From the NCBI GenBank assembly GCA_030064845.1, contig JASJEC010000024.1, positions 1,102-65,101 on the forward strand: DNA of 64,000 nt, written 5' to 3'. The notes beneath the pieces are model-generated. The model saw only the letters and a list, made by a program, of their open reading frames with translations, was not told the origin of the DNA and did no database searches. The translations under genes and the position numbers were made by a program. The first letter of the stretch is position 1; every line of letters starts with the position of its first letter. This DNA is from Kiloniellales bacterium. Lineage in GTDB: Bacteria; Pseudomonadota; Alphaproteobacteria; Kiloniellales; JAKSDN01. Shown here piece after piece: positions 1-8,289 of the stretch.

Positions 1-470
1 CGGTCGCCGCGCCGCTCGGCCGTGGTCCGCATCAGGCCGGGGTCGGAGCCGGCCCCCGGCGCCGGCTCGGTCATGGCGAAGGCCGAGCGGACCGTGCCGT
101 CGACGATCGGCTGGAGCCACCGGGCCTTCTGAGCGTCGGTCGCGATCTTCTCGAGCGCGATCATGGTGCCGTCGTCGGGCGCGGCGCAGTTGAAGGCGAC
201 CGGGCCGAAGATCGAACGACCCATCTCCTCGTAGCACACCGCCATACCGGCCACGTCGAGGCCCAGGCCGCCGCGCGCCTCGGGCATCTGGGGCGCCCAG
301 AGTCCGGCCGCCTTGACCTTGTCCCGCAGCGCCTGCAGGCGCGCCTCGGCGATGTTCTCGTGGTCGTCGTAGGCCGAGGGGTCGGCCTCCAGCGGCAGGA
401 TCTCCTCCGCAACGAAACGGCGGATGCGCTGCCGCAGTTCCGCCACCGCCGGGTCGAGCGTGAAGTCCAT
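1..470 (-). CDS. acyl-CoA dehydrogenase, N-terminal part (3' end lies beyond the window edge)
   Basis: Absent from the ORF track because it is open at the window edge. My reverse-complement translation from ATG 470-468 reads MDFTLDPAVAELRQRIRRFVAEEILPLEADPSAYDDHENIAEARL...TVRSAFAMTEPAPGAGSDPGLMRTTAERRGD, a typical ACAD pattern. The start shares 1 nt with the TGA of the upstream SDR gene. Confidence 0.8.
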   Translation of the reverse strand, partial: MDFTLDPAVAELRQRIRRFVAEEILPLEADPSAYDDHENIAEARLQALRDKVKAAGLWAPQMPEARGGLGLDVAGMAVCYEEMGRSIFGPVAFNCAAPDDGTMIALEKIATDAQKARWLQPIVDGTVRSAFAMTEPAPGAGSDPGLMRTTAERRGD

Positions 471-1240
471 CAGAGCGCCGCCGAATGGCCGCCGTCGACC
501 ACGATGACGCTGCCGTTGATGTAGCGCGACGCGTCGGAAGCCAGCAGCAGGAGCGCCCCCTCGAGATCCTCCGGCTGGCCGAAGCGGCGCTGCGGAATGC
601 GCTTGCGCAGAGCCTCGCCGTCGGGACTCTGGATGAATAGGCGGTTGATGTCCGTCTCGACATACCCGGGCGCCAGGGCGTTCACGCGGATGTCGTGGCG
701 GGCCAGGTCGATCGCCAGGGCCCGGGTCAGGTTGACCAGAGCCGCTTTCGAGGCGCAGTAAGGGGCGAGCCGGCCCGTCGCCCGCAGTCCCAGGACCGAG
801 GCCACGTTGACGATGCTGCCGCCGTGGCCGAGCTTGGCCATGTGCCGGGCCGTCTCCTGGGCCATCAGCCAGGCCCCCTTGAGGTTGGTGTCCACGACCC
901 GGTCCCAGTCCGCTTCGCCGATGTCCAAGGCCGCCTTGGTCTCAGCCATGCCCGCGTTGTTGACCAGAATCGAGATGTGCCCCAGTTCCATCTCCGCCGT
1001 GGTCACGCAGTCCTTCACGGACTCGCCGTTGGTCACGTCCAGTTCGATCGGGATCGCCCGGCCGTCGAAGGCCTCGATCTCGCGCGCCAGCTCGCAGAGC
1101 GCGTCGAGCCGCCGCGCGGCCAGGGCGACCTTGGCGCCAGCCCGGGCCAGGGTCATGGCGAAATGCCGGCCGAGCCCGCTCGACGCGCCGGTGACGATGG
1201 CGGCTCTGCCTTCGAGATCGAAGGGACCGGTCGGGTTCAT
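470..1240 (-). CDS. short-chain dehydrogenase/reductase (SDR)
   Basis: 256-aa ORF with Rossmann motif TGASSGLG, NNAG and catalytic YCASK. A 12-nt gap separates it from the upstream acyl-CoA synthetase gene. Confidence 0.9.
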   Translation of the reverse strand: MNPTGPFDLEGRAAIVTGASSGLGRHFAMTLARAGAKVALAARRLDALCELAREIEAFDGRAIPIELDVTNGESVKDCVTTAEMELGHISILVNNAGMAETKAALDIGEADWDRVVDTNLKGAWLMAQETARHMAKLGHGGSIVNVASVLGLRATGRLAPYCASKAALVNLTRALAIDLARHDIRVNALAPGYVETDINRLFIQSPDGEALRKRIPQRRFGQPEDLEGALLLLASDASRYINGSVIVVDGGHSAAL

Positions 1241-1252
1241 GGCCCTCGGCGC

Positions 1253-2908
1253 CTACAAAACCTTGGCCTGCTCGCGCAGGACGAACTTCTGGATCTTGCC
1301 GGTCGAGGTCTTCGGCAGGCCTTGGAAGACCACGGTCTTGGGCGCCTTGAAGTGCGCCATGTTGTCGCGGCAGAACGCGATGATCTCGTCCTGTGTCGAC
1401 TCCTGCCCCGGCTTCAGGGTGACGAAGGCGCAGGGCGTCTCGCCCCACTTCGAATCGGGCCGGGCGACCACGGCCGCCTCCATGACCTTGGGGTGACGGT
1501 AGAGCGTCTCCTCGATCTCCAGGCTTGAGATGTTCTCGCCGCCCGAGATGATGACGTCCTTGGAGCGGTCCTTGACCTCGACATAGCCGTCGGCGTGGCG
1601 CACCGCGAGGTCCCCGGTGCGGAACCATCCGCCCTCGAGCGCCGCCTCGGTCGCGTCCGGGTTCTTCAGATAGCCCTTCATCACGGTATTGCCGCGCATC
1701 ATCAGCTCGCCCAGGGTCTCGCCGTCCGACGGCACCTCGGCCAGGGTCTCGGGATCGGCGACCCTGATCTCTTCCAGCGTCAGGTAGTTGACCCCCTGCC
1801 GGGCCATGAAGCCGGAGCGCTGTTCGAGCGGCAGGCCGTCCCAGGCCGACTGCCAGGCGCAGACCGTCGCCGGCCCGTAGCACTCGGTCAGGCCATAGAG
1901 GTGGGTCACGCGGAAGCCGATCTTCTCCATCGCCTCGATCGTCGCGCTCGGTGGCGCCGCGCCGCCGGTCGCCAGTTCGACCGTCCGCTCGAACCGCTGT
2001 CCCTCGGCCTCCGGCGCGTGGGCCAGCATGGTCAGGACGATCGGCGCGCCGCACATGTGGGTGATGCCCTCCTCGGCGATCGCCCGGTAGACCGCGCCGG
2101 CCTCGACCTTGCGCAGGCACACGTGGGTCGCCGAGGCGGCGGTCACCGCCCAGGTGAAGGTCCAGCCGTTGCAATGGAACATCGGCAGGGTCCAGAGGTA
2201 AACCGAGTCTCTGCCGAGACCCATGGTGATGAGGTTGCCCAGGGCGTTCAGGTAGGCGCCGCGGTGGTGGTAGACCACGCCCTTGGGATTGCCCGTCGTG
2301 CCCGAGGTGTAGAGCAGGCAGATCGACTGCCACTCCTCCGCCGGCTGCACCTCGTCGAAGACGGGCTCGCCCTCGGCCAGGAACGCCTCGTAGTCGAGCG
2401 CGCCGAGAAGTTCGCCGGACTCGGCCAGAGGATCGTCGATGTCGATCACCAATGGCGGGTTGTCGAGCGCGGCCAGCGCCGGTCCGATCACCGGCGAGAA
2501 CTCCTTGTCGGTGATCAGGACCTTGGCCTCGCCGTGCTCGAGGATGAAGGCGATGGTCTTGGCGTCCAGCCGGACATTGAGCGCGTTCAGCACCGCGCCC
2601 GCCATGGGGACGCCGTAGTGGGCTTCCAGCAACGCCGGCACGTTGGGGGCCATCACCGCAACGGTATCGCCGGTCCCAATACCCCGCTTGCGGAGCGCCG
2701 AGGCGAGACGGCAGGCGCGTTCGTGGAATGTGCGGTAGCTGTAGCGGAGCTCGCCGTGAACGACGGCGACCTTGTCGGGGTAGACCGCGGCCGCCCGGCG
2801 GAGAAAGCTGATCGGAGTCAGCGGCGCAGTATTGGCCGCGTTCTGCTCCAGCCCCTGGTCGTAGATCCCGCCTGTCCCGGCCCCCGCGTCATTCATCGCC
2901 TGCACCAT
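1253..2908 (-). CDS. AMP-dependent acyl-CoA synthetase/ligase
   Basis: ORF 1253-3103 trimmed to ATG 2908 (MVQAMNDAG...; alternative ATG 2896). AMP-binding signature LLYTSGTTGNPKGVVYHHRG; C-terminal GWFRTGDLAV and GGENISSLEIE. Confidence 0.88.
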   Translation of the reverse strand: MVQAMNDAGAGTGGIYDQGLEQNAANTAPLTPISFLRRAAAVYPDKVAVVHGELRYSYRTFHERACRLASALRKRGIGTGDTVAVMAPNVPALLEAHYGVPMAGAVLNALNVRLDAKTIAFILEHGEAKVLITDKEFSPVIGPALAALDNPPLVIDIDDPLAESGELLGALDYEAFLAEGEPVFDEVQPAEEWQSICLLYTSGTTGNPKGVVYHHRGAYLNALGNLITMGLGRDSVYLWTLPMFHCNGWTFTWAVTAASATHVCLRKVEAGAVYRAIAEEGITHMCGAPIVLTMLAHAPEAEGQRFERTVELATGGAAPPSATIEAMEKIGFRVTHLYGLTECYGPATVCAWQSAWDGLPLEQRSGFMARQGVNYLTLEEIRVADPETLAEVPSDGETLGELMMRGNTVMKGYLKNPDATEAALEGGWFRTGDLAVRHADGYVEVKDRSKDVIISGGENISSLEIEETLYRHPKVMEAAVVARPDSKWGETPCAFVTLKPGQESTQDEIIAFCRDNMAHFKAPKTVVFQGLPKTSTGKIQKFVLREQAKVL

Positions 2909-3101
2909 ATCCCTGCACAAACTCCCGGACAGCGCGGGATGCCTTCGAATTCGCCCGCGGAGATCCTTGAACTGCGCTATGGTCGATGTCAGCTCTCGAC
3001 AGGTCAAGCCCGCACAGCCTGACGACAGGACGCAGAGCCGCGCCGCGTCGGCCCGCCCCTGTTTCGGCGCACCCCACCCCGGGCGAGAAAAGGACCGCGC
3101 C

Positions 3102-3746
3102 ATGCAGCTACAAATCTACTCCGACACGATCTGCCCCTGGTGCCTGATCGGCAAGCGCCGGCTGGAGCGCGCGCTCGCCGAGCGGCCCCAGCCCGACCTG
3201 GAGGTTACCTGGCACGCTTTCCAGCTCAATCCGGAGATGCCGGCCGACGGCATGGATCGGCGCCGCTACCTGGAGCTCAAATTCGGCGGCGGAGAAGGCG
3301 CCCGCCAGGTCTACGGGCAGGTCGAGCAGGCCGGGGCCTCCGAGGGGATCGCCTTCAATTTCGACGCCATCCGGCGGACGCCCAATACGCTCAATTCCCA
3401 TCGCCTGATCCGCTGGGCAGGCCGAGAGGGCTGCCAGATGGCCGTGGTGGAGGCGCTGTTTTCGGCCTACTTCTTCGACGGCCGGGACATCGGCGATCCC
3501 GAGACCCTTGTCGCGGTAGCGCAGACGGTCGGGCTGGACCCCACTGCGGCGCAGGACTACCTGGCGAGCGACCAGGACCTGGAAGCGGTGCGCAACGAGG
3601 ACGCCGAGGCGCGGCGCATTGGCATCCAGGGCGTTCCCACCTTCATCTGGAACGGCCGCTACGTGCTTTCGGGCGCCCACCCGCCCGAGGTCCTGCTGCA
3701 GCTCTTCGACCTGGGACGCGAGGACGCGCCGGCTTCAGCCTCCTGA
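3102..3746 (+). CDS. DsbA-family thiol oxidoreductase (FrnE / 2-hydroxychromene-2-carboxylate isomerase-like)
   Basis: ORF trimmed to ATG 3102 (MQLQIYSDTICPWCLIGKRRLE). CPWC thioredoxin-fold active site. Confidence 0.85.
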   Translation: MQLQIYSDTICPWCLIGKRRLERALAERPQPDLEVTWHAFQLNPEMPADGMDRRRYLELKFGGGEGARQVYGQVEQAGASEGIAFNFDAIRRTPNTLNSHRLIRWAGREGCQMAVVEALFSAYFFDGRDIGDPETLVAVAQTVGLDPTAAQDYLASDQDLEAVRNEDAEARRIGIQGVPTFIWNGRYVLSGAHPPEVLLQLFDLGREDAPASAS

Positions 3747-3777
3747 CCTGGAAACCAGTGGCGGTGCGCAGGCTGCG

Positions 3778-6700
3778 CTAGGTGCGCAGCGCCTTCAACT
3801 CGCCCAGAAGCTCCTGAACGCCGGCCACGCGGCGCGCCGGATCGGCCCAGTTCTCCTGATAGACCAGCTTGCCGTCCGGCTTGAGCCGCACCGTCATGGA
3901 CTCGGCCTGAACGAAGCGCAGCAGGGCCTCGACGTTCTCCATGGCGCTCTCGCGAAACACAACGACCGCGCCCTTCGGCCCCGCGTCGATTTTCTCGACC
4001 CCGGCTTCCCGGCAAAGTTGTTTAATTGCAATAGTTTGCAACAGGTTTTGCACCTCGTCCGGAAGCGCGCCGAAGCGGTCGATCAGCTCCGCGGCGAAGG
4101 CGTCGATCTCGCCGCGGTCGACCAGCAGGGCGATGCGCCGATAGAGCCCGAGACGCAGGTTGAGGTCGGTGACATAGCTCTCCGGTATCAGCACCGAGGT
4201 GCCAAGCGAGATCTGCGGCGTCCAGGACTCGGCGCTGACTTGGTCGGCCTTGGCGCCGCCTTCGCGCGCGGCGGTGACCGCCTCCTCGAGCAGCTGCTGG
4301 TAGAGCTCGATGCCGACTTCCCTGATCTGCCCCGACTGCTCCTCGCCGAGCAGGTTGCCCGCGCCGCGGATATCGAGGTCGTGGCTGGCGAGCGTGAAGC
4401 CGGCGCCGAGGGTATCCAGGGTCTGCATAACCTGGAGCCGCCGTTCCGCCGCCGCCGTCAGCAGCCGGCCCGGCGGCACGGTGAGGTAGGCGTAGCCCCG
4501 CTGCTTGGAGCGGCCGATCCGGCCGCGCAGCTGGTAGAGCTGGGACAGGCCGAACATGTCGGCGCGGTGGATCACGATGGTGTTGGCGTTGGGAATGTCG
4601 AGACCGGATTCCACGATATTGGTCGACAGCAGCAGATCGAAGCGCCGGTCGACGAAGGCGCTCATGACCGATTCCAGAGGACCGGGGGCCATGCGGCCGT
4701 GCGCCGTGGCGATCTTGACCTCGGGCACCAGCTTTTCGAGGCGCTCCTGCAGGTCGGGCAGGTGCTCGATCCGCGGGCAAACATAGAACACCTGCCCGCC
4801 GCGGAAGTGCTCGCGCAGGATCGCCTCGCGCACGATGACGGGGTCGTAGGGCAGCACGAAGGTGCGGACCGCCAAGCGGTCGACCGGCGGGCTGGCGATC
4901 AGGCTCATCTCCCTGACGCCGGAGAGCGCGAGCTGCAGCGTCCGGGGGATCGGTGTGGCGGTCAGCGTCAGCACGTGGACGTCTTCGCGCAACCGCTTCA
5001 GGCGCTCCTTCTGCTTGACGCCGAAGTGCTGCTCCTCGTCGACGATCAGCAGGGCGAGGTCCTGGAACGCGATCGACTGGGACAGCAGCATGTGCGTCCC
5101 GATCACGATATCGATCTGACCCCGCTGCAGTTCGTCCTTGATCCGGGCGGCATCCTTCGCCGCGACCAGGCGGGACAGCTGGGCGATGCGCACGGGCAGG
5201 CCCTGGAACCGGTCCCGGAAGGTCCGGTAGTGCTGCCGGGCCAGCAAAGTGGTCGGAACCACCACGGCCACCTGGCGCCCGGTCATCGCAGCGATGAAGG
5301 CGGCGCGCAACGCGACCTCGGTCTTGCCGAAGCCGACATCGCCGCAGACCAGCCGGTCCATGGGCCGCCCGGCCGCCAGGTCGTCCAGGGTGTCCTCGAT
5401 CGCCCGCAGCTGGTCGTCGGTCTCCGGAAAAGGGAAGCGGGCGCAGAACTCGTCGTAGAGCCCGGCCTCGGGGGCGATCGGGTCGGAATGTTTCAGCTCG
5501 CGCGCGGCGGCGAGCTTGATCAGCTCGTCGGCGATCGACTTGATCCGCGCCTTGACCCGCGCCTTTCGCGCCTGCCACTGACCCTGGCCGAGCCGATCCA
5601 GTTCGACCCCGGCGCTCTCGGAGCCGAAGCGGGAGAGCACGTCGATGTTCTCGACCGGAACGAAGAGCTTGTCGCCGCCCTGGTAGACCAGCCGCAGGCA
5701 GTCGTGCGGCGCCCCCGAGACGGCGAGTGTCTGGAGCCCTTCGTAGCGCCCGATCCCGTGATCCATGTGCACGACGAGATCGTCTTCCTGCAGGGTAGTG
5801 ACCTCGGTCAGGAAGTTCTCGGGCCGACGCCGCTTGGCCGCCGGCCGCGCCAAGCGCTCGCCCAGGATGTCCTGTTCCGTGATCACCGTCAGGGCGCCGG
5901 CGCCGAAACCGCGCTCGAGACCCAGCACGGTTACCGCCAGACCGTCTTCCTCGACCCGGTCCAGCTCCTCCAGGGTCGTGATCGCCCTGGTCTGCCGCAG
6001 CCCGTGGTCCTTGAGCAGCCCGGTCAGGCGGTCGAGCGAGCCCTGGCTGTAGCCGGCGAGCAGCACCCGCCTGCCCTGCCCGGCCTCGGCCTCGACGCGG
6101 GCGCGAAGCTGGTCGAACAGGCCGTGGTCCGCCGCCGTGCGTGCCTCGGAGAAGTCCAGCGGCGCCCGGCCGCCGGCATCCAAGACCGCACCGTTCCCCG
6201 ACGGCGCGGCGAAGGGCCAGAACTGCGCCGAACGGCGGCCGGCGAGACAGGCCGACCAGCTCTGGCCATCGACGTAGAGCGCCTCGGGCGGCAGGGGACG
6301 ATAGGGCCAGCCGCCGACGTCCTTGGCGTCCTGCAGCGATACGCGCGAGTCGAAGAACTCCAGGATGTTCTCGAGCCGGGCCCTGCGCGCCTCCTCGATC
6401 TGGCGGTCGAGGGTGACGGCCGCGTCCGGCAGGTAGTCGAAGACCGTCTCGAGTCCGTCGTAGAACAGGGGCAGCCAATGCTCCATCCCTGGATGGGGCC
6501 GTCCGGCCGAGATCGCCTCGTAGAGCGGATCCTCGGAGGATACCGAGCCGAAGGCCTCGCGGTAGCGCGTGCGGAACCGCGAGATCGACGCCTCGTCGAG
6601 GATCACTTCGCTGACGGGCTTCAGGGCGAAGCTTTCGAGCGGCTCGATGGTCCGCTGGCTGAGCGAGTCGAAGCGCCTCAAGGAATCGAGCTCGTCGCCG

Positions 6701-7263
6701 AAGAAGTCGAAACGCAGCGGTTCGGGCTCGCCGGGCGGGAAGACGTCAACGATGCCGCCCCGCAGGGCGAACTCGCCCGGCTCGCTCACGGTCTCGACCC
6801 GCTGATAGCCGTTCCCGACACAGAACAGCCTGAGCTCCTCCTGGCTCAGCGGTGCCCCGGTGCGGCCCACGAGGCTCCGGCCCTCGAAGGCGCTGCGCGG
6901 CGGAACCCGTTGCACCGCGGCGTTCACGGTGGTCACGACGATATCCGGCGCGGGTCCGGCGCAGAGCCGGGTCAGAGTATCGATCCTCCGGGCGACGATG
7001 TCCCTATGCGGACCGACTCGGTCGTAGGGCAGGCAATCCCAGGCCGGGAGCGTGGCCACCTCGCAAGTCGGGCTCAAGAAGGAGAGCAGTTCGCAGATCC
7101 GGGCCATCTGCGCGTCGTCCCGGGCGACGTGTAGGATCGGACCGGGCCGGTCGCTTCCGCCCGTCCGCCAGAACTGGCTCAGAAAGACCGATTCGACACC
7201 CTCAGGAGCGTTGGAAACCAGGGTGTCACCCGGTCTCAGGGCGATGTCCGGCAGCAGTCTCAA
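3778..7263 (-). CDS. mfd: transcription-repair coupling factor Mfd
   Basis: Helicase motifs GDVGFGKTEVALRAAF, DEEQHFG and TATPIPRT. There is no in-frame ATG downstream of the sdhE stop, so I place the start at TTG 7263-7261, overlapping the sdhE TGA (alternative CTG 7257). This gives about 1161 aa, a normal Mfd length. The track ORF start at 7566 would overlap sdhE. Confidence 0.93.
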   Translation of the reverse strand: MRLLPDIALRPGDTLVSNAPEGVESVFLSQFWRTGGSDRPGPILHVARDDAQMARICELLSFLSPTCEVATLPAWDCLPYDRVGPHRDIVARRIDTLTRLCAGPAPDIVVTTVNAAVQRVPPRSAFEGRSLVGRTGAPLSQEELRLFCVGNGYQRVETVSEPGEFALRGGIVDVFPPGEPEPLRFDFFGDELDSLRRFDSLSQRTIEPLESFALKPVSEVILDEASISRFRTRYREAFGSVSSEDPLYEAISAGRPHPGMEHWLPLFYDGLETVFDYLPDAAVTLDRQIEEARRARLENILEFFDSRVSLQDAKDVGGWPYRPLPPEALYVDGQSWSACLAGRRSAQFWPFAAPSGNGAVLDAGGRAPLDFSEARTAADHGLFDQLRARVEAEAGQGRRVLLAGYSQGSLDRLTGLLKDHGLRQTRAITTLEELDRVEEDGLAVTVLGLERGFGAGALTVITEQDILGERLARPAAKRRRPENFLTEVTTLQEDDLVVHMDHGIGRYEGLQTLAVSGAPHDCLRLVYQGGDKLFVPVENIDVLSRFGSESAGVELDRLGQGQWQARKARVKARIKSIADELIKLAAARELKHSDPIAPEAGLYDEFCARFPFPETDDQLRAIEDTLDDLAAGRPMDRLVCGDVGFGKTEVALRAAFIAAMTGRQVAVVVPTTLLARQHYRTFRDRFQGLPVRIAQLSRLVAAKDAARIKDELQRGQIDIVIGTHMLLSQSIAFQDLALLIVDEEQHFGVKQKERLKRLREDVHVLTLTATPIPRTLQLALSGVREMSLIASPPVDRLAVRTFVLPYDPVIVREAILREHFRGGQVFYVCPRIEHLPDLQERLEKLVPEVKIATAHGRMAPGPLESVMSAFVDRRFDLLLSTNIVESGLDIPNANTIVIHRADMFGLSQLYQLRGRIGRSKQRGYAYLTVPPGRLLTAAAERRLQVMQTLDTLGAGFTLASHDLDIRGAGNLLGEEQSGQIREVGIELYQQLLEEAVTAAREGGAKADQVSAESWTPQISLGTSVLIPESYVTDLNLRLGLYRRIALLVDRGEIDAFAAELIDRFGALPDEVQNLLQTIAIKQLCREAGVEKIDAGPKGAVVVFRESAMENVEALLRFVQAESMTVRLKPDGKLVYQENWADPARRVAGVQELLGELKALRT

Positions 7264-7529
7264 GAGTTCGGCGTGTGGAGCTTGAAGGCCAGCAGTAGGC
7301 GCGTGACGTCGTGGTCGTGAGGCGGCGCGGGCTCCGCGTTGCCGGTGATCCAGTCGTACAAGATGGGTTCCGGCACCTCGAGCAGCTGCTCGAAGCGATC
7401 CAGCTGGGCGGCGTCGAAGTCCCCGAGATGGCTCTCGGCGAAACGCCCGATCAGAATGTCCAACTCCTTCATGCCGCGGTGCGCGGCGCGGTAGCGCAGC
7501 CTCTTGCGTCGTGCGGCGTCGGTTGTCAT
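7260..7529 (-). CDS. sdhE: succinate dehydrogenase FAD assembly factor SdhE (DUF339/YgfY)
   Basis: ORF trimmed to ATG 7529 (MTTDAARRKRLRYRAAHRGMKELDILIGRFAE). Contains the RGxxE motif. 89 aa, directly upstream of mfd. Confidence 0.85.
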   Translation of the reverse strand: MTTDAARRKRLRYRAAHRGMKELDILIGRFAESHLGDFDAAQLDRFEQLLEVPEPILYDWITGNAEPAPPHDHDVTRLLLAFKLHTPNS

Positions 7530-7844
7530 GGGGCTCGGCTCCCAGTTGCGCGCAGAGACATAGCACGGCGGCGCAAAATCGAAAGCCCCCTGTCCGGTCA
7601 AGGGACTCGGCAAAATTTGAAATAAAACTTTTCTATATCTCATGGTAAACGGACAATTTCTTCACGTATTTCTAGAACCAGTCACGGCTCTGCGTGTTAC
7701 TATTGCAATGCGGAAAAATGGCCCCTGGGGATATTCATGAGATGTTCTCGGGAGAACAATCCAAATGCGCAAATTTGTTCGAACTTGGGAAAGCAATGGA
7801 GCGGTTTTAGTCAAATCTTCATTGAAATGTGATGGAATGCTCCA

Positions 7845-8195
7845 ATGTCGTCGACCCGCACAAAAAGACTGACTTCTGCCAGAAGCGCGCCAGACGAAGT
7901 CAAGACGCTGGAGCTCTCGCTGCCGATTCCGGCCAATCGGGAGCGCAGGGTCGAGGCCCTCGACTTCCTTAACCGTGCGGTCGAGCAATACATCGAGGAC
8001 TACGGCGACGATGTCTATGACGACGACCAGGAGTCGTCGATCAAGCCCGACATCCACTTCCCGGGCAAGAAGGCCCGTCGCGCCAGTGCGGACGACGACG
8101 ACTTCATCCCCGATCGGCCCGAAGGCCGCGCCATCACCGTGCCGCAGGCGATCCAGCTCTGCCTCTGTGCGGTCCTGATCTTCTTCCTCTGGTAA
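7845..8195 (+). CDS. hypothetical acidic protein with C-terminal hydrophobic anchor (116 aa)
   Basis: Strong GC3 codon bias when read by eye. Acidic runs (DYGDDVYDDDQESS, SADDDDFIPD). The last 15 residues, AIQLCLCAVLIFFLW, are hydrophobic. I recognise no family. Confidence 0.6.
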   Translation: MSSTRTKRLTSARSAPDEVKTLELSLPIPANRERRVEALDFLNRAVEQYIEDYGDDVYDDDQESSIKPDIHFPGKKARRASADDDDFIPDRPEGRAITVPQAIQLCLCAVLIFFLW

Positions 8196-8289
8196 CTCGG
8201 CCGCTGGACCTCGTCCGGTCCGCCTTGATTCCATCCCGTCTGTCCGGCGATCCTGCTGACCGCACAACCGTGCCTCAGCGGGAAAAGTC

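Noticed and set aside
3619-7134. 1171-aa plus-strand ORF (and 818-aa ORF 4022-6478) overlapping mfd.
   Set aside because: Shadow ORFs of a GC3-rich gene. The translations are R/A/G/P/D-rich low-complexity sequence with no motifs, while the opposite or alternate frame carries complete Mfd helicase motifs. The same reasoning rejects 942-2333, 1595-3022, 8275-10224, 8829-10481, 10750-11901, 17875-18813, 18021-19436, 31466-33799, 33855-35444, 35404-37125, 36563-37756, 43640-44701, 46443-48323, 57671-58729, 57802-58929 and 60381-62138.
7743-7784. Palindromes TGTTCTC-GG-GAGAACA and GTTCGAAC, considered as an alphaproteobacterial LexA (SOS) box near repair genes.
   Set aside because: The alphaproteobacterial SOS box is the direct repeat GTTC-N7-GTTC. 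No pair of GTTC/GAAC elements here has that spacing or orientation. Kept only as an unassigned operator candidate.
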